Shown: positions 1 to 7,270 of the stretch, piece after piece
Layout: each line of letters opens with the position of its first letter
How positions within the stretch are numbered: the stretch's first letter is position 1
From: Kiritimatiella glycovorans
Lineage (GTDB): Bacteria > Verrucomicrobiota > Kiritimatiellia > Kiritimatiellales > Kiritimatiellaceae
Direction: 5' to 3'
DNA: 32,000 nt
Assembly (NCBI RefSeq): GCF_001017655.1
Contig: NZ_CP010904.1
Location: forward strand, 180,001-212,000
Notes under the pieces: generated by a model
Told to the model about the DNA's origin: nothing
What the model saw: the letters and a program-made list of their open reading frames with translations, nothing else
Databases searched by the model: none
Program-made: the position numbers and the translations under genes

Positions 1-1
1 T

Positions 2-235
2 TTCTGCTTTCCGCCGTGTCTGGAAGGGGAGCCCCTGAAGATCCTCCGCGCCGAACGCGAGCAGGGATGCGGCTGTCCCGGCGAGGTCCTCCGCGTTTCA
101 GGCCGCGGGCCGCAGGTCGCCTGCGGCTCGGGCGCCCTGTGCCTGACCCGTGTACAGCCGCCCGGAAAGCGGCCGATGAGCGGCGGTGATTTCATCAACG
201 GTCACGAAGTGCCCCCCGGCGAGAGGTGGGGATAG
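2..235 (+). CDS. fmt: methionyl-tRNA formyltransferase, C-terminal fragment (5' end lies outside the window)
   Basis: The frame is open from the window edge to TAG at 233-235. It is absent from the ORF track because it has no start. The translation ...PGEVLRVSGRGPQVACGSGALCLTRVQPPGKRPMSGGDFINGHEVPPGERWG follows the conserved Fmt C-terminal pattern (PGE.L....G..VA.G.G.L.L...QP.GK..MS..DF.NG). Confidence 0.6.
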   Translation, partial: FCFPPCLEGEPLKILRAEREQGCGCPGEVLRVSGRGPQVACGSGALCLTRVQPPGKRPMSGGDFINGHEVPPGERWG

Positions 236-243
236 AGCACGGA

Positions 244-864
244 TCAGCCGTTGCGGATCACACTGATCCAGGTCTGCGCACCCTGCATGATCATCTCGAC
301 CGAAACGCTGCCCACGAACAGCGAGACCACGCGGCCCGCGACTTCGATATAGCGCTGGATGAGGATCTCGTTGCGCGGGCGTACGTAGTCGTGGAGCTTT
401 TTCAGCAGCGCGATCGTCAGCGCGGAAATGACGACCGCGGTCACCACGGCGAGCACGGACAGGGGCATATCCAGCCGTTCTCCCGCGAGGACGCTGGCGC
501 TGATGGTGCCGGGTCCGATCAGGATGGGCATGGCGATGCTGCCCGCGGCGTACTCGGATTCGCCGCGCAGCGACTCGATGGCCATATTGCCGCGGAACAT
601 GAACTGGATGCCGATCAGCAGGAACACGATCCCGCCGAAGATCTGGAACGACGCGAAGTGCTGCTTGAAGTCGGCCGAGAAGATCGCGTCCCCCAGCAGC
701 GCGAACACGGCGAACACCCCGGCGCTGATGTAGGCGGCCTTCCGCAGTTCACGCCAGAAGGTCGAAAAACTCATTTTCTCGATCAGGTCGAGCAGGTAGA
801 TGACGACCAGAAACGGGTTCAGCATGATGAGCATGAAGCCCGTGATGTTCAGGAAAGGTTCCAT
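244..864 (-). CDS. MarC family (UPF0056) integral membrane protein
   Basis: 206-aa ORF, polytopic and hydrophobic. MarC-like segments include NPF..V.IYL, GIVFLLIGIQFM and IAMPILIGPGTIS. It converges on the fmt stop, 8 nt away. Confidence 0.75.
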   Translation of the reverse strand: MEPFLNITGFMLIMLNPFLVVIYLLDLIEKMSFSTFWRELRKAAYISAGVFAVFALLGDAIFSADFKQHFASFQIFGGIVFLLIGIQFMFRGNMAIESLRGESEYAAGSIAMPILIGPGTISASVLAGERLDMPLSVLAVVTAVVISALTIALLKKLHDYVRPRNEILIQRYIEVAGRVVSLFVGSVSVEMIMQGAQTWISVIRNG

Positions 865-915
865 GGTTTCCCTTTCATCTCCGCAGTCCGTCGCCGGGGG
901 CGAGCCCCCCGGATT

Positions 916-2892
916 TCAGGGGTCGATGCCCTGCGCGCGCAGCTTCTCCAGAAGCGAGGCATTTCCGGGGTCGATCCGGTGCGCCTGCAGGTAGTATTCC
1001 ACGGCGAGTTGAGGTTCGTCCAGCTTGAGCAGGGCATCTCCCAGATGTTCGAGGATGGTGGGATCGTCCGGCATCAGCCTCGCGGCGCGTTCGAGCTGCT
1101 CCCGCGCGCGCTCATAGCGGCCCTGTCGGTAGTAGATCCAGCCCAGCGTATCGATGTAGGCTCCGTTGTCCTTCTCGAGTTTCAGGGCCTTCTGAGCCAG
1201 TTCCAGCGCGCGGTCGAGGTGGACCCCGTCTTCCGCCCACATGTAGGCGAGGTAGTTGTACGCCTCCGCGAATTCGGGATCCTGATCGATGGCGCGCCGG
1301 AGGAGCCGCGCCGCGGCGTCGGCCTCCCCGGTGCGCTCGCGGGCCGAACCGTAAAGATAGTGGAAAAACGCGGTGAGGAGCGTGTCCTCCGTCTCCTTGT
1401 CCCGCGTCAGTTTCGTCACGCGCTCGAACGCCGAGGCTGCCGTCTCGAAATCTTCGATCCGGTAGCGGAAGTATCCGCGATAAAAAGGCGGATAGGGGTT
1501 GTCCGGAAATCGTTCCTCGAGAGTGTCCAGCAGGATCCCGAGCTGTTTCCGGCACGGCGTTTCGTTGCGCGCGAGGCAGTAGTCGAGCAGCGCCCCGAGT
1601 TCGGAAGCCCGGTCGCGGCGGATGATATCCGCGAGCACGTCCGCGGCGCGCTCCGTCTTGTCCTGCATCATCAGCGCGAAGGCGTAGACGCGGTCCAGCT
1701 CGGGAGTGGCTTGGCCGGGATCGCGGGAGGTCAGGGCGCGCCGGGCGGCCGCGAAATTCCGTTCCGCCTCGGCGAAACGTTCGCGCGCCGCTTCGGCGTG
1801 TCCGAGTGCTACATGGGCGTTGATATGCTCCGGGTCCAGCGCGAGCGCGTCGCGTAGAATCTCCGCGGCCTGTTCCGCAGCCCCCTCCTGCAAAGCGCCC
1901 AGTCCCGCGAGCACCCACCAGTCCGCCGCGCGGGTGTCGCCCCGTTCGGCCAGCGGGCGGGCGGCCTCCGCCGCCGCATCCCAGCGTTTCATGCCGAGGT
2001 GGATCGAGATCAGCCGGGCGCGGATTTCGGGGCGCTCGTCGCCGTACTCGAGGGCGCGCTCGAACGCCGCGGCGGCTTCCTCCCGGGACTGGAGGAGCAG
2101 CAGGGTTTCGCCCCTGCGTATGTGGAGTCCGGGGTTGCGGGGGTACCGTTCGAGCCCTTCGGCCAGATCTTCGAGGGAGGCCCGCGCCGCCTTTTTAATC
2201 GCGGCGTCCTCTTCCTCAGCCGCGCCGCCGATCCGGGCCGTGGAGCGCAGTTCGTAGAAGTCGGCGGGCGGGGAGTCCAGGGATTCGAAGGCGAGATCGA
2301 TCCAGCGCGTGGCCCGCTCCCAGTTCCCGGCCGCGGCGTGCATCGCGATCAGGCGCCGGAAGGGGGCGGGGTCGGAGGGGAACTGGTGTACGGCCTCGCG
2401 GAGCGAAGCAAGCGCCTCTTCTCGTTCGCCGCCGGCCTCAAGCGCTTCCGCCAGCAGGATGCGGGGGCGGGGCGAATCGGAGGTGTGGCGCAGGTATTCG
2501 CGGGCCGTGTCCGCCGCCTGTTCGAGATCGCCGGCCCGTAGGTGGAGGGCGAACATGCGTTCCCAGGCCTCGGCCGCCGTCGGATCACGGTCCACCGTAC
2601 GCCGGTAGGCCTGGAGGGCCGCGTCGGTCTCGCCCTGCCAGTCGTGCAGCAGAGCCTCACCGAAAAAGCCGACCGCTCCGGTCCGGTCCGTCTCCGGAGC
2701 GGGGGTGCGGCAGCCCGCGGCCAGCAGGAGCGCCGCCCCCGAAAGAACCGCCGCGCTCCCGGTGAACAGGGCGCGGCGCCGTCTCAGGGAAGGCGTTCCG
2801 TGCGGGGAACGCGTACGGATTACTTCTTCTTGTGCCGGTCGGCGCGAAGCTGTTTCCGCCTTTTGTGCTTCGACATCTTTTTTCTGCGCCAT
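916..2892 (-). CDS. TPR-repeat lipoprotein (possible Tat-type signal plus lipobox)
   Basis: 658-aa ORF. The N-terminus SLRRRRALFTGSAAVLSGAALLLAAGC has a twin-arginine-like motif and an L-A-A-G-C lipobox. The rest is Ala/Leu/Arg/Glu-rich with recurring TPR signatures (W..LG..Y...G.Y..A...Y..AL..DP). Confidence 0.75.
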   Translation of the reverse strand: MAQKKDVEAQKAETASRRPAQEEVIRTRSPHGTPSLRRRRALFTGSAAVLSGAALLLAAGCRTPAPETDRTGAVGFFGEALLHDWQGETDAALQAYRRTVDRDPTAAEAWERMFALHLRAGDLEQAADTAREYLRHTSDSPRPRILLAEALEAGGEREEALASLREAVHQFPSDPAPFRRLIAMHAAAGNWERATRWIDLAFESLDSPPADFYELRSTARIGGAAEEEDAAIKKAARASLEDLAEGLERYPRNPGLHIRRGETLLLLQSREEAAAAFERALEYGDERPEIRARLISIHLGMKRWDAAAEAARPLAERGDTRAADWWVLAGLGALQEGAAEQAAEILRDALALDPEHINAHVALGHAEAARERFAEAERNFAAARRALTSRDPGQATPELDRVYAFALMMQDKTERAADVLADIIRRDRASELGALLDYCLARNETPCRKQLGILLDTLEERFPDNPYPPFYRGYFRYRIEDFETAASAFERVTKLTRDKETEDTLLTAFFHYLYGSARERTGEADAAARLLRRAIDQDPEFAEAYNYLAYMWAEDGVHLDRALELAQKALKLEKDNGAYIDTLGWIYYRQGRYERAREQLERAARLMPDDPTILEHLGDALLKLDEPQLAVEYYLQAHRIDPGNASLLEKLRAQGIDP

Positions 2893-2955
2893 TTCTTTAC
2901 ACTGCCCATGGGTGCTCCCGTTTTTTCACGCTCTTCTGTAATGCAGATATCTGCG

Positions 2956-3834
2956 TCATTCGACTATTTTATTCAGGCTCAGTTCAATAATCCCCTCCGC
3001 GCCCGCTTCCTTCAGGTCGGGGATGATTTCGCGCACCACCGATTCATCGACCACGGTCTCGACCGAGTACCAGGCCTCATCGGCGAGGTTGTTGATGGTG
3101 GGTGCGTGGAGCGAGGGAATATTCTCCGTGATCTGCGTCAACCGGTCGCCGGGGGCGTTCAGCTTGAGGAGCACTTTCGAGTCCGCGGCCAGCGCGGCCT
3201 TGAGCAGCAGCGCGATGCGCCCGATCTTCGCCTTTTTCCATTCGTCCGCCCACGCGTCCCGGCCGGCGATAAGCTGCGTGTGCGACTCGAGCAGCGTGTC
3301 CACGATCCGGAGGTTGTTCGCGCGCAGCGAGCTGCCCGTCTCCGTCACGTCGACGATCGCGTCGACCAGCTCCGGCACCTTCGCTTCTGTGGCGCCCCAG
3401 GAGAACTCGATGTCCGCCTCGACGCCGTTCGCCTCGAAATACTTGCGCGTAAGCCCGACCGCCTCGGTCGCGATCCGTTTGCCCTGCAGGTCCGCGACCG
3501 AGCGGACCGGCGAGTCGTTCGGCACCGCCAGCACCCAGCGCACGGGGCGCATACCCTGCTTGGCGTAGACCAGGTCCGCCACGGCCACGACGTCCGATCC
3601 GTTTTCACGGACCCAGTCCAGCCCCGTCAGACCGGCGTCCAGCATGCCGTGTTCGACATAACGGCTCATCTCCTGCGCGCGGATCAGCCGGATGTCGAGT
3701 TCCTCGTCGTCGGACGACGGGAAATACGACCGGCTCGTGCCCTTGATCTTGAAGCCCGCGCGGCGGAAGAGCTCGAAGGTGCTCTCCTGCAGGCTGCCCT
3801 TGGGAAGACCCAGTACCAGTTTGTTTGAAGCCAT
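2956..3834 (-). CDS. hisG: ATP phosphoribosyltransferase, long form with C-terminal regulatory domain
   Basis: Translation from the internal ATG at 3834: [28 protein letters not shown]...[25 protein letters not shown]...[15 protein letters not shown]...[15 protein letters not shown]. This is the typical HisG catalytic plus HisG_C layout. The 61 codons upstream in the track ORF (to 4017) run into a non-coding repeat and are rejected. Confidence 0.9.
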   Translation of the reverse strand: MASNKLVLGLPKGSLQESTFELFRRAGFKIKGTSRSYFPSSDDEELDIRLIRAQEMSRYVEHGMLDAGLTGLDWVRENGSDVVAVADLVYAKQGMRPVRWVLAVPNDSPVRSVADLQGKRIATEAVGLTRKYFEANGVEADIEFSWGATEAKVPELVDAIVDVTETGSSLRANNLRIVDTLLESHTQLIAGRDAWADEWKKAKIGRIALLLKAALAADSKVLLKLNAPGDRLTQITENIPSLHAPTINNLADEAWYSVETVVDESVVREIIPDLKEAGAEGIIELSLNKIVE

Positions 3835-3931
3835 TCCGTGTCCCTCTTCGTCCTTAATGCGTTCACTTCGAGGCGAAAAACGATCCACCATAGGGAAAAA
3901 TGAGTCCGAGGGACAACGGGAAAATGGGAAA

Positions 3932-4012
3932 TTGTGGTTCTTCGCAGATTCTTGTGGTGGAGCCGTTCGGGGAAGAGGCGGGATGGGAGACGACAAACGT
4001 TCGTAGTAGCGC
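3932..4012. repeat. Left arm of a long imperfect inverted repeat (copy R1)
   Basis: ttgtggttcttcgcagattcttgtggtggagccgttcggggaagaggcgggatgggagacgacaaacgttcgtagtagcgc. Its reverse complement recurs at 4355-4477: 33/33 nt match for the inner part and 48/52 for the outer part. Confidence 0.85.
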
Positions 4013-4324
4013 CGCACGCCTGCCCCCGGCAGGCCAGGCGCGTGAAAGATAACGGCCCTTGTCCGCTGCGCGGACCTGCGGGCCTACTACGAACGTAATA
4101 GAGAACGCACCCTTTCTTTGCCTGCGCTCTTCTCATTCTTTTTTGCGGTCCCGGCGCCTTTGCGAGAGTCATTGCTTGTGTTTTCGACCACGGATTACAC
4201 CGATCACACGGATGGGATCTCGAAATCCGGATCGAGGTCGAAATCGGGATTCAGAGAGAACATAATTCGTACTCGTACTCGAGTTCCTTGAACAGGGGGA
4301 GTGGGATCGCGCCTGCGGCGGTCC

Positions 4325-4354
4325 GAGTACGCGTACGCGTACGAGTACGAGTAG
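4325..4354. repeat. Five tandem GNGTAC-type hexamers (gagtac gcgtac gcgtac gagtac gagtag)
   Basis: Read directly from the sequence. The tract is complementary to tactcgtactcg at 4270-4281 (12 bp perfect with 4342-4353). Confidence 0.8.
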
Positions 4355-4477
4355 GCGCTACTACGAACGTTTGTCGTCTCCCATCCCGACCCCGGCCTCC
4401 TCTGTGACCGCTGTGGTGAATCCCTATCCCGCCTCTTCCCCGAACGGCTCCGCCACAAAAATCTACGAGGAACCACA
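4355..4477. repeat. Right arm of the inverted repeat (copy R2), carrying a ~38-43 nt internal insertion relative to R1
   Basis: 4355-4387 (gcgctactacgaacgtttgtcgtctcccatccc) is the exact reverse complement of 3980-4012. 4426-4477 is the reverse complement of 3933-3984 with 4 mismatches. 4388-4425 (gaccccggcctcctctgtgaccgctgtggtgaatccct) is absent from R1. Confidence 0.85.
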
Positions 4478-4520
4478 AGAGAAGAGGAAATGAATCCCAT
4501 GGCGAGTCCCATCGTCTATT

Positions 4521-4777
4521 ATGTCGGGCATGCGCAACTGCGCGTTCACTGACTACTTCGAGAATGAGGTGTTGCGGAAGCGACCGTACCTGACCTGAAG
4601 AAAGAGTGGTGCGCCCGTGTATGCGACGCACCGCTGAAGGTGGAGCGGCAGGAGCACAACCGCTTCCGCTTCTGGGGTGAGATACTGGAGTTGGAGGGAC
4701 GTGTCCTTCGTGTTGTTACGCTGGAGGACCAGAAGACGATACACAACGCATTTCCCGACAGGAGATTCAAGAAATGA
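4521..4777 (+). pseudogene. Small toxin-like gene (DUF4258-like, family assignment tentative) disrupted by a 5-bp tandem duplication; partner of the downstream DUF2283 gene
   Basis: Frame A (4521-4598) reads MSGMRNCAFTDYFENEVLRKRPYLT*. Frame B (4595-4777) reads LKKEWCARVCDAPLKVERQEHNRFRFWGEILELEGRVLRVVTLEDQKTIHNAFPDRRFKK*. Removing one copy of the duplicated acctg in t-acctg-acctg-aag (4588-4600) fuses both into one 83-codon ORF. Its TGA overlaps the next ATG as ATGA (4774-4777). Confidence 0.65.
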
Positions 4778-4992
4778 AACTGAACTACTACAAAGACACC
4801 GACTCCCTGTATATTGACCTGTCGTCCAAGCCGAGTGCCGATACCAGAGAGATCTCAGAGGGTATCGCCCTGGATTATGATGCCGACGGCAACATCGCCG
4901 GCATCGACATCGACAATGCCAGCCGGAAGATCGACTTACGGGAGATCATTCTCAGTAAAATCCCCGCAGAATTCGAGACGCTGACGGCATAA
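4774..4992 (+). CDS. DUF2283-family small protein (putative antitoxin)
   Basis: 72 aa: MKLNYYKDTDSLYIDLSSKPSADTREISEGIALDYDADGNIAGIDIDNASRKIDL. This fits the DUF2283 pattern (Y..e.D.LYI.L....s..s.E....i.lDyD.dG.i.GIeI..AS). Confidence 0.8.
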   Translation: MKLNYYKDTDSLYIDLSSKPSADTREISEGIALDYDADGNIAGIDIDNASRKIDLREIILSKIPAEFETLTA

Positions 4993-5191
4993 AAAGTCGT
5001 CGAAAAACAGTAGCATCCCATAAGGCCCCGTATCGGGGCACAGAGCTTCCCTAACCCGTGGCCCTGCAGGGGCCGCACACTTTCTCCGATAACCAGGAAT
5101 CAGTGGTTCCGATTTTTTAATCGAATTATAACGTTGGCGTGCGGTTGTCTTGTTTAAGATATGCGTTCATGAAACGAAAGGGGCGGAACGT

Positions 5192-5662
5192 ATGGAATCG
5201 CACGAGATATTCCGGGAGGCGATGAACCGGACCGGGATCAAGACCATTGCGGGACACCTGCGCCTCTCGACCTCGCTGCTCTACAAGTGGTGTCAGCCCA
5301 GCGATACGCCCGACGCCAGCGGTGCGGCGAACCCGCTCGACCGCGTGCGCCATTTCTGTGCCTTCACCGGCGACGCCTCGCCGGTGATGTGGCTGTGCGA
5401 ACAGTGCGGTGGGTACTTCGTCCGCAACCCGGATCCCGGAGAGGCGCCGCCGGACCTGATGATGCTCGATGAGACGCGCCGGATTGTGCGCGAATTCTCC
5501 CAGTTGTTCGATGCGATCACCAAGAGTCTCGACGAGGACGGCACGGTCTCTCCGTGCGAAGCGGAGCGCATCCGCCGGGAGTGGGAGGATCTGAAGCGCG
5601 TGGGCGAGGGATTTGTCCGTGCGTGCGAGGCGAAAAAATCACCGTCAACCGGGGAGAACTGA
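5192..5662 (+). CDS. Phage CII-like (CP76-type) helix-turn-helix regulatory protein
   Basis: Start chosen at ATG 5192 (MESHEIF...), preceded by gaaagggg. It has an HTH-like segment (IKTIAGHLRLSTSLLYKWCQP), then ANPLDRVRHFCAFTGDASPVMWLCEQCGGYFV and a C-terminal DGTVSPCEAERIRREWEDL. This layout recalls phage 186 CII-type regulators. The assignment is by recall only. Confidence 0.55.
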   Translation: MESHEIFREAMNRTGIKTIAGHLRLSTSLLYKWCQPSDTPDASGAANPLDRVRHFCAFTGDASPVMWLCEQCGGYFVRNPDPGEAPPDLMMLDETRRIVREFSQLFDAITKSLDEDGTVSPCEAERIRREWEDLKRVGEGFVRACEAKKSPSTGEN

Positions 5663-6177
5663 TGCACCTGTTGCTGGGTATTTCCTGTTTTTTGAGTTCG
5701 GTGCTGGTTGCCGTACTCGTGGTGTTTGCCACATGGGCTCTTTTCTCGCGGCTCGGCACTGCGAAACTGGAGCAGATCCGCGCGGGGAACAGTGCCGCGG
5801 CGGTACTGCTGGGCGCGGAGCTGCTGGCGTTCGGCATTCTGATGACCCGCTGCCTCTATCCGGTTTCCGCGGTGCTGCAGAACCTCTTCCTCGGCAGCGG
5901 CCTCGGCGCCCTCAAATCCGTGCTGGTTCTGATCGGCTACATCGTGCTCGGCTACGCACTCTCCGTACTCACCGTCGCCCTCGCCGCGCAGCTGTTCAAA
6001 CTGCTCTCCCGCGATCTCGACGAAAACGCGGAGATCCGGGCGGGCAATCTCGCCGCCGCCATCGTATTCGGCATGGTCATCGTCACCATAGCCTTCATGG
6101 TCCAGTCGGGACTGGGCGATCTGCTCAATACGCTGATCCCTCCGTTCGGCGGAACGAAAATCTCTTTCCAGGCCTGA
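5662..6177 (+). CDS. DUF350-family membrane protein (two DUF350 repeats)
   Basis: Start at ATG 5662 (MHLLLGISCFL...), overlapping the upstream TGA by 1 nt (TGATG). It has four hydrophobic spans and two copies of the motif E(Q)IRAGN.AAA (EQIRAGNSAAAVLLG and AEIRAGNLAAAIVFG). The longer track ORF from 5554 is rejected. Confidence 0.75.
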   Translation: MHLLLGISCFLSSVLVAVLVVFATWALFSRLGTAKLEQIRAGNSAAAVLLGAELLAFGILMTRCLYPVSAVLQNLFLGSGLGALKSVLVLIGYIVLGYALSVLTVALAAQLFKLLSRDLDENAEIRAGNLAAAIVFGMVIVTIAFMVQSGLGDLLNTLIPPFGGTKISFQA

Positions 6178-6202
6178 TCGCCGCCCACCGGAAAGGACCG
6201 GG

Positions 6203-7270
6203 ATGAGGACGAACTCGACAGCGCTCACGGCATCCCGGCTTCTCTACCTGGCCGGCGCGGTCGCGCTGGCCTTCCTCGCCTGCGCTTCCGCCCCGCACCG
6301 GTCCCCGCCGCCCGCCGCGCAGCTCCCGGTCCGCTTCAGCGTCCCGCGCGCGCCCGCCAATCCGGCATCGCCGCTGCTCTGCCCCGCGGCCTGGACGAAC
6401 GCCGCCGGGTCGTTCTCGGCCCGGTCAACCGACAGCGGCGTGACGGTGCAATACGTCTGGAACGATTACTTCGGCGAGGCCCGGTCGCTGCAGGAGACGT
6501 GGTCGCATCGTGAACGCGCGCGTGCTATCGAAGCTTTCGGCCTCGCCCCCGCGCAGCGCGCAGCATTCTTCGCTTCCCGAATCCCGGCGGGCGACCCCGA
6601 ATGGCGGGAGCTTGCCGCGGCGGTGCGCGAGCGGCGGGGACCGGTCCACCTCCCGGCCTACGGGATTCTGACGGAAGTAGAGAGGGCGCGCCTGTTCGCC
6701 TGGCTCGAGGATGCGGAGAAACGCTACCTGGCGCGTCAGGGGTTCGGCCGCGGTGTCGAGGGCCGGCTGGCACCCGACTACAGTCGCATGGTCGAACGGC
6801 AGTCGCCGCTGCTCGAGGAAACGGCCCGGGCCATGATCCGCGAGGGCGCGAACGACGGAATGACCTGGAACGCGCTGACCCACAAGCTCATGTCACTGGT
6901 GCACTTTATCCGGTACGAGATTCCGCCGATCACGGAACACGGTCGCTATATCCAGGGGCTCCGGCCGCCGCTCGACCTGCTGTGCCGGGGGAGCGGGGAC
7001 TGCGACTCCAAAGCGGCGCTCTTCTGCGCGATCGCGCGCCACTTCAAGGATACGCGCCCCGCCGTCGTCGTCATCCCCGGCCACGCCTTTAACGGCCTGT
7101 TCGGCTGGCACAAGAGATTGCCGCAGGACACGGTGCTCAGGCACCGCGGCGTCGATATGCTCCTGCTCGATCTGACCGGCATGAGCAACTACGGCGCGGC
7201 GGGAATGATCCACGAGGCCGACCGCCAGCATCTGCGTCAGCGCATGCCGAAGGTGTATGAAACATGGTGA
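6203..7270 (+). CDS. Lipoprotein with a C-terminal transglutaminase-like (Cys-His-Asp) fold domain
   Basis: 355 aa. The signal peptide with lipobox is LAGAVALAFLAC. The C-terminal region LLCRGSGDCDSKAALFCAIARHF...VVVIPGHAFNGLF...MLLLDLTG places a candidate Cys (7001-7003), His (7082-7084) and Asp (7169-7171) in transglutaminase/papain-like order. Confidence 0.55.
   Translation: MRTNSTALTASRLLYLAGAVALAFLACASAPHRSPPPAAQLPVRFSVPRAPANPASPLLCPAAWTNAAGSFSARSTDSGVTVQYVWNDYFGEARSLQETWSHRERARAIEAFGLAPAQRAAFFASRIPAGDPEWRELAAAVRERRGPVHLPAYGILTEVERARLFAWLEDAEKRYLARQGFGRGVEGRLAPDYSRMVERQSPLLEETARAMIREGANDGMTWNALTHKLMSLVHFIRYEIPPITEHGRYIQGLRPPLDLLCRGSGDCDSKAALFCAIARHFKDTRPAVVVIPGHAFNGLFGWHKRLPQDTVLRHRGVDMLLLDLTGMSNYGAAGMIHEADRQHLRQRMPKVYETW

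Noticed and set aside
226-1857. 543-aa plus-strand ORF spanning the MarC and TPR genes in antisense
   Set aside because: It is a shadow ORF. It crosses two well-supported minus-strand genes and their intergenic gap, and its sequence is Arg/Gly/His/Asp-rich without motifs.
3835-4017. 61-codon N-terminal extension of the hisG ORF
   Set aside because: The extension reads through repeat copy R1 and has no similarity to HisG. The conserved HisG N-terminus (LGLPKGSL) begins right after the internal ATG at 3834.
4020-4075. Possible SRP (4.5S) RNA-like motif (caggccaggcgcgtgaaagataacggccc)
   Set aside because: It superficially resembles the CAGG...GGAA...AGCAGCC helix-8 region. However, the flanks of the tetraloop do not base-pair and the conserved AGCA side is absent.
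3692-4631. Small ORFs inside the repeats that both encode [17 protein letters not shown] (3692-4006 plus strand, 4251-4631 minus strand)
   Set aside because: The shared peptide is simply the inverted repeat translated. Of the 4 nucleotide differences between the copies in that stretch, 3 are non-synonymous (F/L, A/V, S/F), so there is no sign of purifying selection on a protein. One ORF also overlaps hisG in antisense.
5022-5039. Motif AAGGCCCCG recurring just downstream of three plus-strand stops (5022, 8720, 9712), considered as a shared terminator or REP element
   Set aside because: Only the first copy forms a decent hairpin (gccccg-tat-cggggc), and none is followed by a U-tract. A 9-mer this GC-rich is likely to recur by chance at this composition.
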